A DNA stretch of 64,000 nt from Octopus sinensis (lineage: Eukaryota): positions 30,504,001-30,568,000 of the forward strand of contig NC_043002.1 of the NCBI RefSeq assembly GCF_006345805.1, given 5' to 3'. Below are positions 38,311 to 52,145 of this stretch, one piece after another. The translations under genes were made by a program, and so were the position numbers. Under the pieces are notes generated by a model. It was not told the DNA's origin. It did not search any database and saw only the letters and a program-made list of their open reading frames with translations. Position 1 is the first letter of the stretch. Each line of letters opens with the position of its first letter.

Positions 38311-38641
38311 CTCTCTCTTTTTCTCTCAAACACATACACGCACACACATGGAAATGTATGATCAGTATAAACACACACACACATATAAGTATGTAAGTAT
38401 GTATGTGTGCATGTGTGGATATACATATGTGCATATACGTATATGTTTATAAACATTATCAAACACATGTCCTTAACGTATATGCTTCGTGTATTCGTTA
38501 AGTAAATGTGGTTTCATACTGTTTATTACACTAGCGTTACTTCTATTTCATATTTGAATATCTCTCTCTCTCTATATATATATATATATACATACATACA
38601 TACATACATATATATATATATATTTATTATATATGTATATA

Positions 38642-38707
<66 letters not shown>

Positions 38708-39021
38708 ATATATATATATATACTGATATTGATATTTATAGAGGCATATTTGGAATATCAATTATATAGATAGTTTCATAGAGGTGGATACCTTTAAACT
38801 CATAAATATACACAATCTCAACATAGAACCGCGAACAGCACGCATTATACAGTTATATGTACGTATATATATATATATATATAAGTTTATACATTCATAT
38901 TTATATGTATATATATATTTATTATATATATATATATACACGCACATGGATATCTTATATATATTTGCACACATATTTATGTGCACTCGTGTGTGTATGT
39001 GGCTTTGTGTGTGTGTGTGTT

Positions 39022-39060
<39 letters not shown>

Positions 39061-39554
39061 GTATAAACATATAAACAAGCGTAAATATAAATAGACAGTC
39101 ATAGGAAGTAAACATTTCAAGTATGGAAATAAATCCGACGATAACACTTGAAATGCTGACACACCCCAACCTCTCACTTACGCACATTTAGAATTTCATA
39201 TAATCACTAACACCACCACCATCACCAAACACACATATATACCCCCCCCCACACTGATGTATATTATCATTTTGGTTAGTAATCAAAATATTACCATCTA
39301 TTGTGCAATATCGGAAATTGATTTTTTCAATATCCGATCAAACTTCATTGCATTAGATATAGCCTCAGCATAGAATCTAACACACGCATATAAGCGCATG
39401 TAATTGTGCAGGCAATACATATTAGGCAAGCTCGTATGTGTCTGTGTTATATATGAATATGTGTGCATGTGTGTGTGTTTGTGAGTCTACATGCAAGCTC
39501 ACGATATGTAAGTATATAAATATCTTTCATAAACCTAAATGACAATCGACCATC

Positions 39555-39608
<54 letters not shown>

Positions 39609-39713
39609 GTGTGTGTGTATGTTTGTGTGTAAACGTATATATACATGCATATATATATATATATACATGTATATGCATATATATATACATGCATATATAT
39701 ATGTATATATATA

Positions 39714-39790
<77 letters not shown>

Positions 39791-40249
39791 TATGTATATA
39801 CATATGTACATTATGTAAGAATGTCAATATTCTTTATAAATACATATGGCAAATAGTTAATATGTGTGTGTGAGTGTGTGTGTGTGTGTGTATTAGGTAC
39901 ACACATGTTGATATATGCATGTCATGTATACATATGGTTATCTATGTCTGCAAATACGTACGACGTATCGATATATGAATGCAAACATGTACATTGCTGC
40001 GTATGTCTTTGTGTGTCTATAATATGATCAGCGTAATTTATATTTTTGAATATTGCGTATCCTTGATGCATCTCTTATTAAAACTGCCAGCTTGGTTTTG
40101 CTGTTATGTTTTACCATAACTTTCCTAACATTTGTTGTATTCGTTATATTGATTCCACACTATTTGCCATAGCTGGTAACTTGATATACACCAGTCCATA
40201 TCTGACATTTCATCTCGCGGTTATAATTTCTATATCAGCGGCAGCTGTA

Positions 40250-40465
40250 AAGCGGCGAACCAGCAGAATCGTTAGCACTCCGGGCAAAATGCCGAGCGTC
40301 ATTTCGTCCGTCTTTACGTCTTGAGTTCAATCTCTGCCGAGGTCGACATTGCCTTTTATCCTTTAATGGTCGATAAAACATGTACCAGTCATGTGCGAGG
40401 ATCGATATAATCGGCCAGCGCCCTCCCAACATATTTTAGGTCTTGTGCTCATAGTATAAAGGAGA
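40250..40465 (+). mobile_element. SINE A copy
   Basis: gcggcgaaccagcagaatcgttagcac...gagttcaatctctgccgaggtcgacattgcc. Confidence 0.85.
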
Positions 40466-41042
40466 TTTGTGTTGGCTGCTGATTCATGTATTCTAATGTC
40501 CACGTTCACGCTGCCTTTGGATGATAGTTTTACTGGAATATAAGGATTTATAACCAACCATCTGAGTTAATAGCAGCACCATGTCCTTAGGTATATTTAG
40601 CGACTAAGTTCAATTTTTCTGCAGTTATCGAGTTGTTGGTATAAAGAATATTTATATCTGCGCATACGCACGAGCCCCTTTAATTTGTGATCAGTTTTGT
40701 CATCGGTTATCGCTGCTACTTTTTCTTTTACTAATGTTTTTAAGGCATTGCCAACCATAGAGAGACACCACACACACACACATACACACACATAAACATA
40801 CATGCACTAAGTTGTATATTTTGAAATAGAGTAGATAGCCAAATTTTAAAGAAATTTCCACGCTGCATTTAAACCTAAATATATCACATCAACTTTGATT
40901 ACACCTTAAATCTTATTAACCTTATTATATCAAGATTTGTTCTTTACTCAAAATCACCCGGAATAAGGATCATAGGTAATTTTTAGGTGAAGGTATTGGG
41001 AAAGGTAGCGTGACATTATTGCCATAAAATCTCTCTTCTTAA

Positions 41043-41128
<86 letters not shown>

Positions 41129-41699
41129 GTATATATGCATGCATATGTAAGATAGCAAATATATTTTTGCAATAAAATGATGATTTAAATGGAACTCGAT
41201 CAGATGAGATATAATGGAATTGATGACAAAATATTAAGCTAAATAATATGTCAATAAAGGTAGTAAAATGGAATAAACTGCGATTGTAATAAAAATATTG
41301 AAATAAAGGGTACCGCTAACATTTGGCAAGCTACTTGTACACCCTAAATTTAAAAAAAGTAATGTTTCGAACCGAATTATTTTACATATCTTTGCCTTTC
41401 CTTCTGTCTTACTGTATTTATCACCTCAGAGTGAGGCTGGGAGACCTTTTGAGTACCAGGACTGAATTTATAGTCGGTTATTTTGAAGTAGAAATGATAA
41501 AATATAGTAATGCTAAAATATAGTAAATGCTAGTAAACTAACTTAATATGAATTACTAAATCAGTTCTCTTTTTTGCTTAAAATCATAACATTAGAATCA
41601 ATTGTAATTAATTGTAATCCCCAAATGAGCATAAAACAAAAAGGGAGCAGTCATTTAGCCTATAAATAACTTGTTTTATAGAACTTTCAAAAGAGAGAG

Positions 41700-42720
41700 A
41701 TTTACCAGGTCAGTCTCATGGAAGTTTCCAGTAGAAATCTACCATCATGCGTATATGCCATTTACTCTGGTGCTTCTTTTACTTTGTTTTTATTCCTGGT
41801 GTACGGTTTAAACGATTGTGAAAGTAATACGGCCCCCATCCCGGCCTCCAACGATGTTGTTCAATGTTACGGAACATACCCTCAAATAATTTAGGGTAAC
41901 TGTCAACCCTTTTTCTTAACTGTATAGTTTTCCTCAGACAGAACAGTCAAAAACAGATCATAATAAATTGTTTTCTATTGATTCTACGCAATTTGAACAA
42001 GCTGGTATCTTGTGATTTTACTGCATCCTCAACCAAAGCAAACACCAACTTTATTAAACTACCTTACAAATTGATTCCTAATATGCAATATTGGTAGAAT
42101 ATTTCTCTTTCTTCCAAATCAAACGTTCATCGATAACTGTTACCCACTCCCTCAATCTCCATATCGTCTCTCAAAAACCACTCTTTTCTTACTACAGACT
42201 GAATTGTCACTCAAATTCAGAAAAATAGCACGGATATTTCGTATCAACAGTTTGCTAATCAAGAAGGAATGTCACCAAGTTTAGGTTTACAGACATGGCA
42301 TTTTTTTTAGATCTAAATTTCTACACCACAACGAATGTCTTGTGCACTACCTTCATACTGCTTGTTTGACCCATCATGAATGAAACATATATATTGGTGT
42401 TAAAAGTCACATTTTAAACTCCACATGCATCTATCAATGAAATATCGTCATTCTTTTAAACCCATTTTTCTCAGAAGACATCTGACATCCCTGCAAACAC
42501 TAAATAGCAGTTAACAAAGAAGAAATGGAGCAAATCTTTTTCTCTGCTACAGTAATATGTAATCTTGGTTCCAGAATGAAGTAAATCACTACCATTTGTC
42601 ATGGAGGCTAGAAAATATCAGAAGACTTCTTCGGAAAGGGTCAAATCCCTGATGAGGTCATTCGCTTCAAATTGATTAAAATATCGAGCAATTGATGAAG
42701 TTCTTTGCATATTACTGTCA
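41700..42720 (-). pseudogene. Chapaev3-like (CMC group) transposase remnant, heavily decayed
   Basis: Minus fragments FNQFEANDLIRDLTLS, LLHSGTKITYYCSREKDLLHFF, *RYFIDRCMWSLKC, VNLNLVTFLLD*QTVDTKYPCYF, HQSKWHIRMMVDFYWKL, collinear with ELNDLVRDL/WRLFIDSS/GYTKYPCFLC/YQGRW..MMADYCW motifs (family from recall). Confidence 0.72.
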
Positions 42721-42767
42721 AATTCTTTACTCTTGTTACTTTCTCCGTCATCAGACATTAACGATCC

Positions 42768-42893
42768 ATCATCATCACCTCCACCACCACCACCACCGCC
42801 GCCACCACCACCACCACCACCACCAACGCCACCACCACTACCACAACCACCGCCGCAGCAGCCGCCGCCACCACCACCACCGCCACCACCACC

Positions 42894-42940
<47 letters not shown>

Positions 42941-42970
42941 AAACAACAACAACGACAACACCACCACCAT
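42768..42970. repeat. (CCA)n/(CCG)/(CAA)n compound repeat
   Basis: Direct reading. Confidence 0.92.
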
Positions 42971-43087
42971 CCACACTGGTATTTAGACCGCCTCACGAGC
43001 TATTCCTGACACGATGGAGATGATGAAAACGATGGTGACGACAACAACGACGACGAAAATAATGATGATGATTGATGATAATAATGA

Positions 43088-43483
43088 TCTTTTCTACTCT
43101 AGGCACAAGGCCTGAAATTTGTGGGACGGGGATAATTGATTGCATCGACTCCAGTGCGCAAATGGTACTTACTTTATCGATCCTGAAAGGATGAAAAGCA
43201 AAGTCGGCCTCGGTGAAATTTGAACTCAGAACGTAGCGGCAGTCGAAATACCTATTTCTTTACTACCCGCAAGGTGCTAAACACAGAGAGGACAAACAAG
43301 GACAGACAAACAGATTAAGTCGATTATATCGACCGATGTGCATTACTGGTACTTAATTTATCGACCTCGAAAGGACGAAAGGCAAAGTTGACCTCGGTGG
43401 AATTTGAACTCAAAACGTAACGGCAGACGAAATACGGCTACGCATTTCGCCCGGCATGCTAACGTTTCTGCCAGCTCGCCGCC
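43088..43483 (-). mobile_element. Dimeric SINE A: complete monomer with tail 1 (43252-43483) plus box-A-less monomer with tail 2 (43088-43251)
   Basis: Two copies of box B and core; junction gtcgaaatac|ctatttctt. Confidence 0.9.
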
Positions 43484-44125
43484 TGAATAATAATGATGAA
43501 GATGATGTCAGTGATAACAACAACCAGGCACCAACGAGCACGATGACTGCGACGACGACGAAAATGGCGATGATGGTGGTTGTGGTGGTGGTGGTAGTGT
43601 TGGTGACTATGATGTTGAGGATAGTGATGGTACACGAACAAAGTAGAAGGCCAAACATTTCGGGAGGACATATTCGATCAGATTGCTCCGTGTTCTGTAC
43701 TGATGTATATTCTTATCGAACTTGAACTGATGAACAACAAAGTTGAACCCATACGGAATTTGAACGCAGAACGCAAATCGAAGTCACTATATATCAAAAG
43801 ATATATTAATTCAACATCAGTATTTGACTGGTACTTATTTTATCGACCCTGAAAGAAGAAAAGGTAAAGATGAACTCGGCGGAACCCTTATACTAATGTT
43901 ATCTAATATAGATAAAGGATGATATGTTTTAGGGGTAAGGTTACAGTAGCTTCAACCGACCCCAAACAATTGCCTTGCCTTATCTTGAAACTCAACTTCT
44001 TATGAAATCCTTGGTGCATCATCATGATATATGAGCGTTTATGGACTTGGGAAGCCCATCTCTCTGTCTCCAGGGCTGCCGAAATCCAATCTCTTCTAGA
44101 ACCTGTAAGAAAGTGAACGTATATA

Positions 44126-44526
44126 GGCGCAGGAGTGGCTGTGTGGTAAGTAGCTTGCTAACCAACCACATGGTTCCGGGTTCAGTCCCACTGCGTGGCA
44201 CCTTGGGCAAGTGTCTTCTGCTATAGCCCCGGGCCGACCAATGCTTTGTGAGTGGATTTGGCAGACGGAAACTGAAAGAAGCCTGTCGTATATATGTATA
44301 TATATATATGTATGTGTGTGTTTTTGTGTCTGTGTTTGTCCCCCTAGCATTGCTTGACAACCGATGCTGGTGTGTTTACGTCCCCGTCACTTAGCGGTTC
44401 GGCAAAAGAGACCGATAGAATAAGTACTGGGCTTACAAAGAATAAGTCCCGGGGTCGATTTGCTCGACTAAAAGGTGGTGCTCCAGCATGGCCGCAGTCA
44501 AATGGCTAAAACAAGTAAAAGAGTAA
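44126..44526 (+). mobile_element. SINE B, full-length reference copy (tRNA head, CORE-like segment, internal microsatellite, tail)
   Basis: ggcgcaggagtggctgtgtggt (box A), gggttcagtccc (box B), caccttgggcaagtgtctt, ends aaacaagtaaaagagtaa. Confidence 0.95.
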
Positions 44527-46566
44527 GAAATCATTATTACATTCATCAACGGAAAATCCACAAAGGATGAAAGAGATGTTGGTCTCATATGAAGTAAAGT
44601 TTAACTGTAAGGAGACGTAAACTAAATTAACAAAAATCAGATGGTCATAGCATTTCTGCCTTCTACAACCACCGGAAAATTAATGAGGGCAAATTAGCAG
44701 ATTAGAATTTCCAGAGTAACATACAGTATTTGGTTATGGAACTTTTTGTTCTGAGTTCAAATCCTGCAACGATCAATTTTGGCAATACATCCTTCTAAAG
44801 GGCCCATAGAAATAGCTTTCTTTTAAATACTGACCGTAAGTGTTCTCTTAAAAATGTGAGCCCTGGTGCCTATATTAGAAATTAATTGTAGCAGGAAAAG
44901 AAAAAGAGAAAGAAAAAAACATCAATTAAATTATGACGACGAGAGTGATGATGGACATGATGATGATGACAATGGTGATAAACGATAAAAATATCGTCAG
45001 CAGAAGCACAACAACGACAACAAAAACAACAATAAAGACAAGAAATTTTAATTATAGAAACAATAAATAAAAATTCTAATTAATTCGTTTGAAAGAATTT
45101 TAAAATTAAAAGATAAAAAACAAAATTAATTCAACGTATATACTTGTTTTATTTTTTAATTTATTTTATTCTTGGAAGTGTTAGTACAGGTGGCAGTAAT
45201 AGTGGTACTGGTGGTGGAGATGGTGGTAGTGGTGGTATTGTTTGTTTTGATGGAGAGGTATGATGCTAGTGATGATGTTCATTAGAATGATATTGTTTTA
45301 TCATGCGCTCGATAATATTGTCGTTGTTGTTGTTGTTGTTGACGATGGTCATTTGGGAATTGAATCTTGCAAAAATAATGGCAATGTCTACAATTTTCTC
45401 GTTTCTCGCTTTATTCTTGAAAGCTGCAGTTCTCGTTGTAGTTGATGTCAAGACAGCTGCTGTTGCTGCTGCTGCCGCTGCTGTTGCCGTTGCTCCGGTT
45501 GAGGTGGGGATGGTGGTGAGTGATAGTGGTGGTGGTGGTGGTGGTGGTGGTGGTGGTGAAGGTGATGTCATCTTACGATGGCAAAGATGGCAATGGTCTT
45601 TGCAGCAGAAATAAGTAGGAAAATCTTCACATCTCCCTGCCAGACCAGCGGTCTTTTTTCCAAGTTTTATACGTGCACATATTCTATGCACACTCTTATA
45701 CAGAGACACACAAATATAATTATAATGCATATGTATGCATACTTATGCACAAACATACGCGCACACACACACATACACACGCACACACACATACACAAAC
45801 ACACACACATATATATATAATGTGCTTAAATAAATATGCATAAAAACAATTGTACATGTGATTCTAGCGTTAATTTACAGGCACGCGTGTTCACACACAC
45901 GCGCGTGCACACACACACACACACACACACATGCAGTCACAATTAGAAACAAACACAGGCGCAAGCACACATACATAGAGAGAACTACACCGAGCTGAAA
46001 GAAGGACACGCGCGCACGCAAGCAGATAAAGACAAGGAAAAAAACAAAAAGAAATACATCATTTCACAAACAAATGAAAATGTGTGCAGAAAATGAAATG
46101 TCGAAATGATTGATAATTACTCATTTGAACTCCGACCCTCGATATCCATCTGTGAATAGGCCGCGGTGGTGAGTAGGCTAGTTGAAAACATCTCTATACT
46201 GATGTGAAACTCTAAGGTCAAAGATTCGTCTAACCTATTGCACTCAGTTGCACTACGTTTCAACACAAGACAGTTACAATATCATACTAATGGCTGAAGA
46301 AAAGAAATAAAATTATTCTGTGTGACATCACAATATCCGCCATCTTTTTTTTCGCTCTCTCTCTTTTTATTTTACTTTCAGTATTCTGTTCTTCTGCTTC
46401 TTTCATCCACTTCCTCTTCCGCTTATTCCTCTGTCTTTACTTCTTTCTGTTCTTTTTTTTTCTTTTTCCCGTTTCTACAGCTTGTGCTTGTTCTAAAATT
46501 ATTATTATTTTTATTATTATTATTAGTAGTAGTAGTATTACCATTATCATCATCATCATCATCATC

Positions 46567-46642
<76 letters not shown>

Positions 46643-46731
46643 ATTATCATTATTATTATTTAATAATATAATAATATAATAATAATAAAATAATATAATT
46701 TAATAATAAAATGAATGAATTATTGTTATTA

Positions 46732-47251
46732 CTAGCAGAGATACCCGGCGTTGCCCGGTTACATTCAATTGAAGAATTAGACTTTTCTGTTATATTTTCT
46801 GTAATGAACTGGAATATCTATGTTTCGAATTTCATCAAAATTGCAAATGAGGGTTATTTCCTTCTTTACACACCCTAAAAAATTTGTAATCGTGCCACAT
46901 GTATCCCATACTACTGATTTTTATGCGCATATTCCAAAATTCCACTGTTATTGAACCTGTTAAAAAGATTTTGCTCCTAAAAAATGAAGGCCATGGAGCT
47001 CTAAAATGTGGGAGTTAAGGCCCCTGTTGGGGGTGTGCATCTTAATGTCAACCAGAGAATTTGAATTGTTGAAAATCTTTTTAACTTGGGTGTTATTTCT
47101 TTTGTTTGAATTCCTTTGAAATAGGAAATATATGTTCACTGGGGTTGTAAAAGATGGCAAAACTACAGGAAACCAAAAGACGAATGATCACAATAAGCAG
47201 TCAGTTACCCTACCCTAGTCGTTACTCGAAGTACCGGTTCAAGAACTATGT

Positions 47252-47307
<56 letters not shown>

Positions 47308-48189
47308 CATATATATATATATATGTACACACACACACAAAGATAAATTGATAGATACAACTGAGTGGGCAAACAAAAATATGAAACACTTCGTAGTGCT
47401 GTAGTATATTTTGATAAGCCTGGTACTTATTCTATCAGTTTCCTCTCGTGGAACCAGTAAGTTATCGGGATGTAAATAAACGAACACCAGTTGTGAAGCA
47501 GTGATGAGGGAGAAACACGAAGACACACACATAGACTTACATATATACATACATATACATACAATTGATTTCTTTCAGTTTCTGTTTACAAAATCCACTG
47601 ACCAGGCTTTGGTTGGTCTCTGGCTATAGCAGAAGAGACATGCCAAGTTACCATACAGTGGGACTGAACTGACGACCATGTGTTTTGGAACCAAGTTTGT
47701 TACCACACAGCCACACCTGCACTTATGTATGTGTGTGTGTGTATGTGTGTATGGGTGTATATATGTATGCATATATATATGTGTGTATATATACATGTGT
47801 ACATATTACATGTACATCTATATATACAACTAGACATACATGTATACACATACATGTATATCTTTAGAAATACAGCTATACATATACATGTATACATATA
47901 CAGCTATATATACACTGGTATATATATATATATATATATCCATATACATACAATAGAGGGATGTTTTTGCTTCACTTTTAACACGCAAGACTGAAATAGT
48001 GGAGAAGATATGATATTGCTGTGGGCTCGCCCTAGGCAAGAAGTTAAACATACATTTTTGCCCATGACACTACATGGACCCTAAGTAAGGCATGTATAAA
48101 ATTTGAATAAAATTGGTTGTGTAGTTCTCAAGTTTTAGGGAAATACACAGACAGACAGACACACATTCTCAGTTTTATATATATATAGA
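46732..48189 (-). mobile_element. Non-autonomous Helitron with nested SINE B and microsatellites
   Basis: Minus strand begins A|TCtatatatatataaaactgagaatgtgtgtctgtctgtc and ends with hairpin ccgggcaacgccggg...CTAG|T; no TSD. Confidence 0.85.
47350..47722 (-). mobile_element. SINE B nested in the Helitron
   Basis: ttctttcagtttctg...gtgggactgaac...taccacacagccacacctgcac. Confidence 0.85.
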
Positions 48190-49779
48190 TTATTATTATT
48201 ATTATGATTATCATTATCATTATTAGTGTTGTTGTTGTTGTTGTTATTATTTTGTATCGTCGTTATCATTTGTGATCATCATGATAAATAACATAGTCAT
48301 TATGATGGTGATGATACGTTATCATCGTATCTATTTTAGTTAAATACATAGAGTCCAGTGCCTTCACTACGAAATCGTATGATTCAAAACGAATACGCAC
48401 AAATGTATACATACACAAAACACGCGCGCATATACGCAAGCACACAGAGACATATATGTTTCCAAAACTGCATCACAACTAGGTTTCCACTTCAAGATCG
48501 CAAAATTCGTAACCCATGTTCCATAACTAACCCTCTACAAAACTTATATAAGGCCTGTGTCCTATTACAAGCCTTTTTATTGTAGGCCTTTAAGGAAGAC
48601 TATTTTCTTGATAATCAAATATTTAAACCTCTTTTCACAATGAAATATTTTTCTAATCAAATTAATGACAGCTTTTCAACGTCAGCGATTTTCCACCAGA
48701 GATACGTGGCCACCTGACTCTCTACAAACTGAAAGACCGATATCTGCGTTCAAAATTTGAAAGGGCTGCAGCGATAAATGCATTATAATTAGTTCCCTTC
48801 ATCGTTCACTGAGAGATGAAACTGGGAAAATAAGTTTGCTGTTAGCTAACGGAATCGGTTTATTGAGTAGACAGGACTGTAAGTGTGGGAAGGTCTCTCT
48901 TGCCTGTTGGCTCCTTCTCAGAGAATACGTACCTAGATCTTCTATTACTCCGTCTAACACGATTTTTCTCCCTGGGTAGCAACTATTATTTCTTATTTGC
49001 GCACACCTAGAAAGTAAGAAAAATGGTTATTTCCTTCAGACTTTGATTTTGCTACTTTTATTCAAACCCCAAAGAATCCAAGGCTAGGATGCTCCCCCAC
49101 TTCTCCTGCTCATGCACATATTGTCAGCTATTAAGTGACGTACTCAAGTGGTTAATATCAAGCATCTGACAACTAAATCTGTGGTACTGAGCAGAATATT
49201 TTGTATAGCGATATTTCTGCTTCAGCAACTCAGCACTGAACCTATCTGAAATGTAATAGAAAATAGGCCAGTTTCAAAACATTGATGTCCAGAACACAAA
49301 AGCAATGGTTGAAGGAAATAGTAATCATTTCCTTTGATTTCTAGAAAATCGTCTGCTATACCAAACATGAACTATGCCACTGTGTTTATTCAAGAGACTG
49401 ATAGTTTATTACTTAAGATTATCTCTCCTTGTCACTAGGAGCTAATTGCAATTACTTCTGAGCGTTAGTATTACGTTCTTTCGAGGCGTAGATGGTTTCA
49501 ATATAATGCGAATTAGCATGTTTGATACTAAGCGTATATTTTTGTTGTTTTCGTTGCCCAAATTCATCCTGCGGGCATGAAGTATTTGTGTTAACTAATG
49601 TATATATGTATATATGCATGTAGGTCTGCACATGCACATATATATATATACAGAGAGAAAGGGTGAGGGGGTATATAGATACATGGATAGAAAGACATAT
49701 ATACACACACACGTGTAAGTATACATATATATATGCTTATATATATGTATGTGTGTGTATCACTCTCTCTCTCTCTCTC

Positions 49780-49822
<43 letters not shown>

Positions 49823-49857
49823 CAGAGGTTGGACAAAATGATGGAAACACCTAAAAC

Positions 49858-50150
49858 TAGAGAGTGAGGTAGAGGAAAGAAAATAGATGTGAGATATGTA
49901 GGGATATTGAAGTTGTGGATCTACAACTTCAATATCCCTAGATATCTTACATCTATTTTCTTTCCTCTACCTCACTCTCTATTTTGTGTCCTATCTAAAT
50001 TAGGTATTACTTAACTATTCTGTCACACCGTCTCCGATGAAGGGATATAATTAATAAATATCCTGGAAACAGCCGTAAGACCTATCTATAAATGTTCTAA
50101 TATCTACACAGACTAGGTTTTTTTTTATCTCATTACGCAAAAAATTCTTA
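49858..50150 (+). mobile_element. Penelope-like pseudo-LTR fragment (inferred) with 62-bp 5' fold-back and hammerhead-like motif
   Basis: Palindrome 49858-49981 (axis ga|tc); gtct-ccgatga-agggatat..atatcct-g-gaaa-cagccg-ta-agac at 50030-50081. Confidence 0.7.
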
Positions 50151-50185
50151 TGTAGATATATATATATATATATTATATATATATA

Positions 50186-50248
50186 TCCGCTCAGTCGAAG
50201 TCGACTCTCGGTTACTCGTTGGATCAGCGTCTTCCAGTCAGTTCTAGA
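50186..50248 (-). mobile_element. RTE (BovB-like) extreme 3' terminus
   Basis: Minus: SRTDWKTLIQRVTESRLRLSG; agagtcgacttcgactgagcgg terminal stem-loop. Confidence 0.7.
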
Positions 50249-51037
50249 GGACTCTCTCTCTCTCTCTTCTCTCTCTATATATTATATATATATATATATA
50301 TTATATATATATATATATAGGTAAACAGTAAAAATAATTACAGACATGGACAAGAACATGAAACACCACAGAGACGACACAAGAACCACAGGACGGATAT
50401 ATATATATATATATATATATCTTTACACGCACGCACACACATACCCCCCCCCACACACATATATATATAAGTGGCTAGAAATTTGGATAGAGTTGTTTGT
50501 ATTTAATAAGTAATCAAATCTGTTCTACATGATTCGAAGTTTCCTTGAAGCAGCTACACGATCGGGGTCAGAGTGTACATACATGCATACATACACACTT
50601 AGAATATATATTGAAAAAAATCCTTCATAATATGAGTCCTTTGTCCTATGTAATTATATAATAATATAATTGCGATTGATATTATAATGTTACGTAAGAA
50701 TTATTGAAACAGCTACAGGAAATGACTATTGGAAATATCCCTGATATTGTCTCATGATATCATTTCATATATGCTTATATTTATGTGTATACTTCTATGT
50801 GTGCGCGTGTGTGTATGTGCGTGTATGTATGTGTGTGTACAGATCCTCATATTTGCTCTTTTTGCCTATTCTTCTCTTTCTCTTCCAAAGCTCTATTATC
50901 TGTCATGCGTTGTTTTTCTTATGTTTCTACTTCTCTGCGTGTCTCCCACCTCTCATTCTCTCTATCGCTCTTTCTTCTTTCCTACTCTCACTACTTCAAA
51001 GAGCTTCCTTGAGTAGTATTAAGGGCAATTGTAGTAT

Positions 51038-51089
51038 AATCATCTTCGTCGTCGTCATTGTCTTCATCATCATCATCATCATCATCGTC

Positions 51090-51146
<57 letters not shown>

Positions 51147-51149
51147 GTC

Positions 51150-51207
<58 letters not shown>

Positions 51208-51345
51208 CCATCATCATCGTTATCATCAACGTTATCATCATCATCGTCGTCGTCGTCGTCTTCATCATCAACATCATCATCGTCGCCGTCATCATCATCG
51301 TTATCATCAACGTTATCATCGTCGTCGTCGTCATCATCATTATCA
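51038..51345. repeat. (CAT/CGT)n repeat with internal higher-order duplication
   Basis: Direct reading. Confidence 0.92.
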
Positions 51346-51802
51346 AAAGCAGCGATCGCAACGTCAGCAATATCTACCAAATATACTAAAATGGTGACTG
51401 TTTCCTTGCAGTTCGTGTGTGTTTCTGTGTGTGTGTTAGTGTGTGTGTGTGTGTGTTAGTGTGTGTGTATGTGTGTGTGGTTTGTTCATGTACATGCGTC
51501 TATGCAAGCTTTCATAAGTGCTTATGTACACATGTTTATATGTATGCAAGCTTGAATACGGTGTGAGCCACCTTGTAATCCTACATGTGTGTGTATGTGT
51601 GTGTGTGAGTGTGTATGTGTGTATATTAGAACTGGTAGAAATAGCAGCCAAAAATCCATTAAAACTTACACAAGCTCTCTTTAAAAAAAACTCTGAGAAG
51701 CTGGATATGGGTATCTGTAGTAGACAATTGTCCAAAATATGGACTTGATGCACACGGCTGGAATAATGTTTACCAAATGTCCACAGGGATAAAGAACAGC
51801 AA

Positions 51803-52145
<343 letters not shown>

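Noticed and set aside
44126-44195. tRNA gene-like box A/box B sequences (also in families A, C, D)
   Set aside because: They are SINE heads fused to core and tail sequence, and no complete cloverleaf is evident.
44105-44530. gtaagaaa on both sides of the full-length SINE B as a TSD
   Set aside because: The left copy is not adjacent to the element start; likely chance.
48950-49230. Probable dispersed repeat recalled from octopus DNA
   Set aside because: Single copy here, with no termini or coding evidence to classify it.
49823-49852. Tc1-like TIR start cagaggttggacaaaatgatggaaacacc
   Set aside because: No partner TIR or internal sequence in the window.
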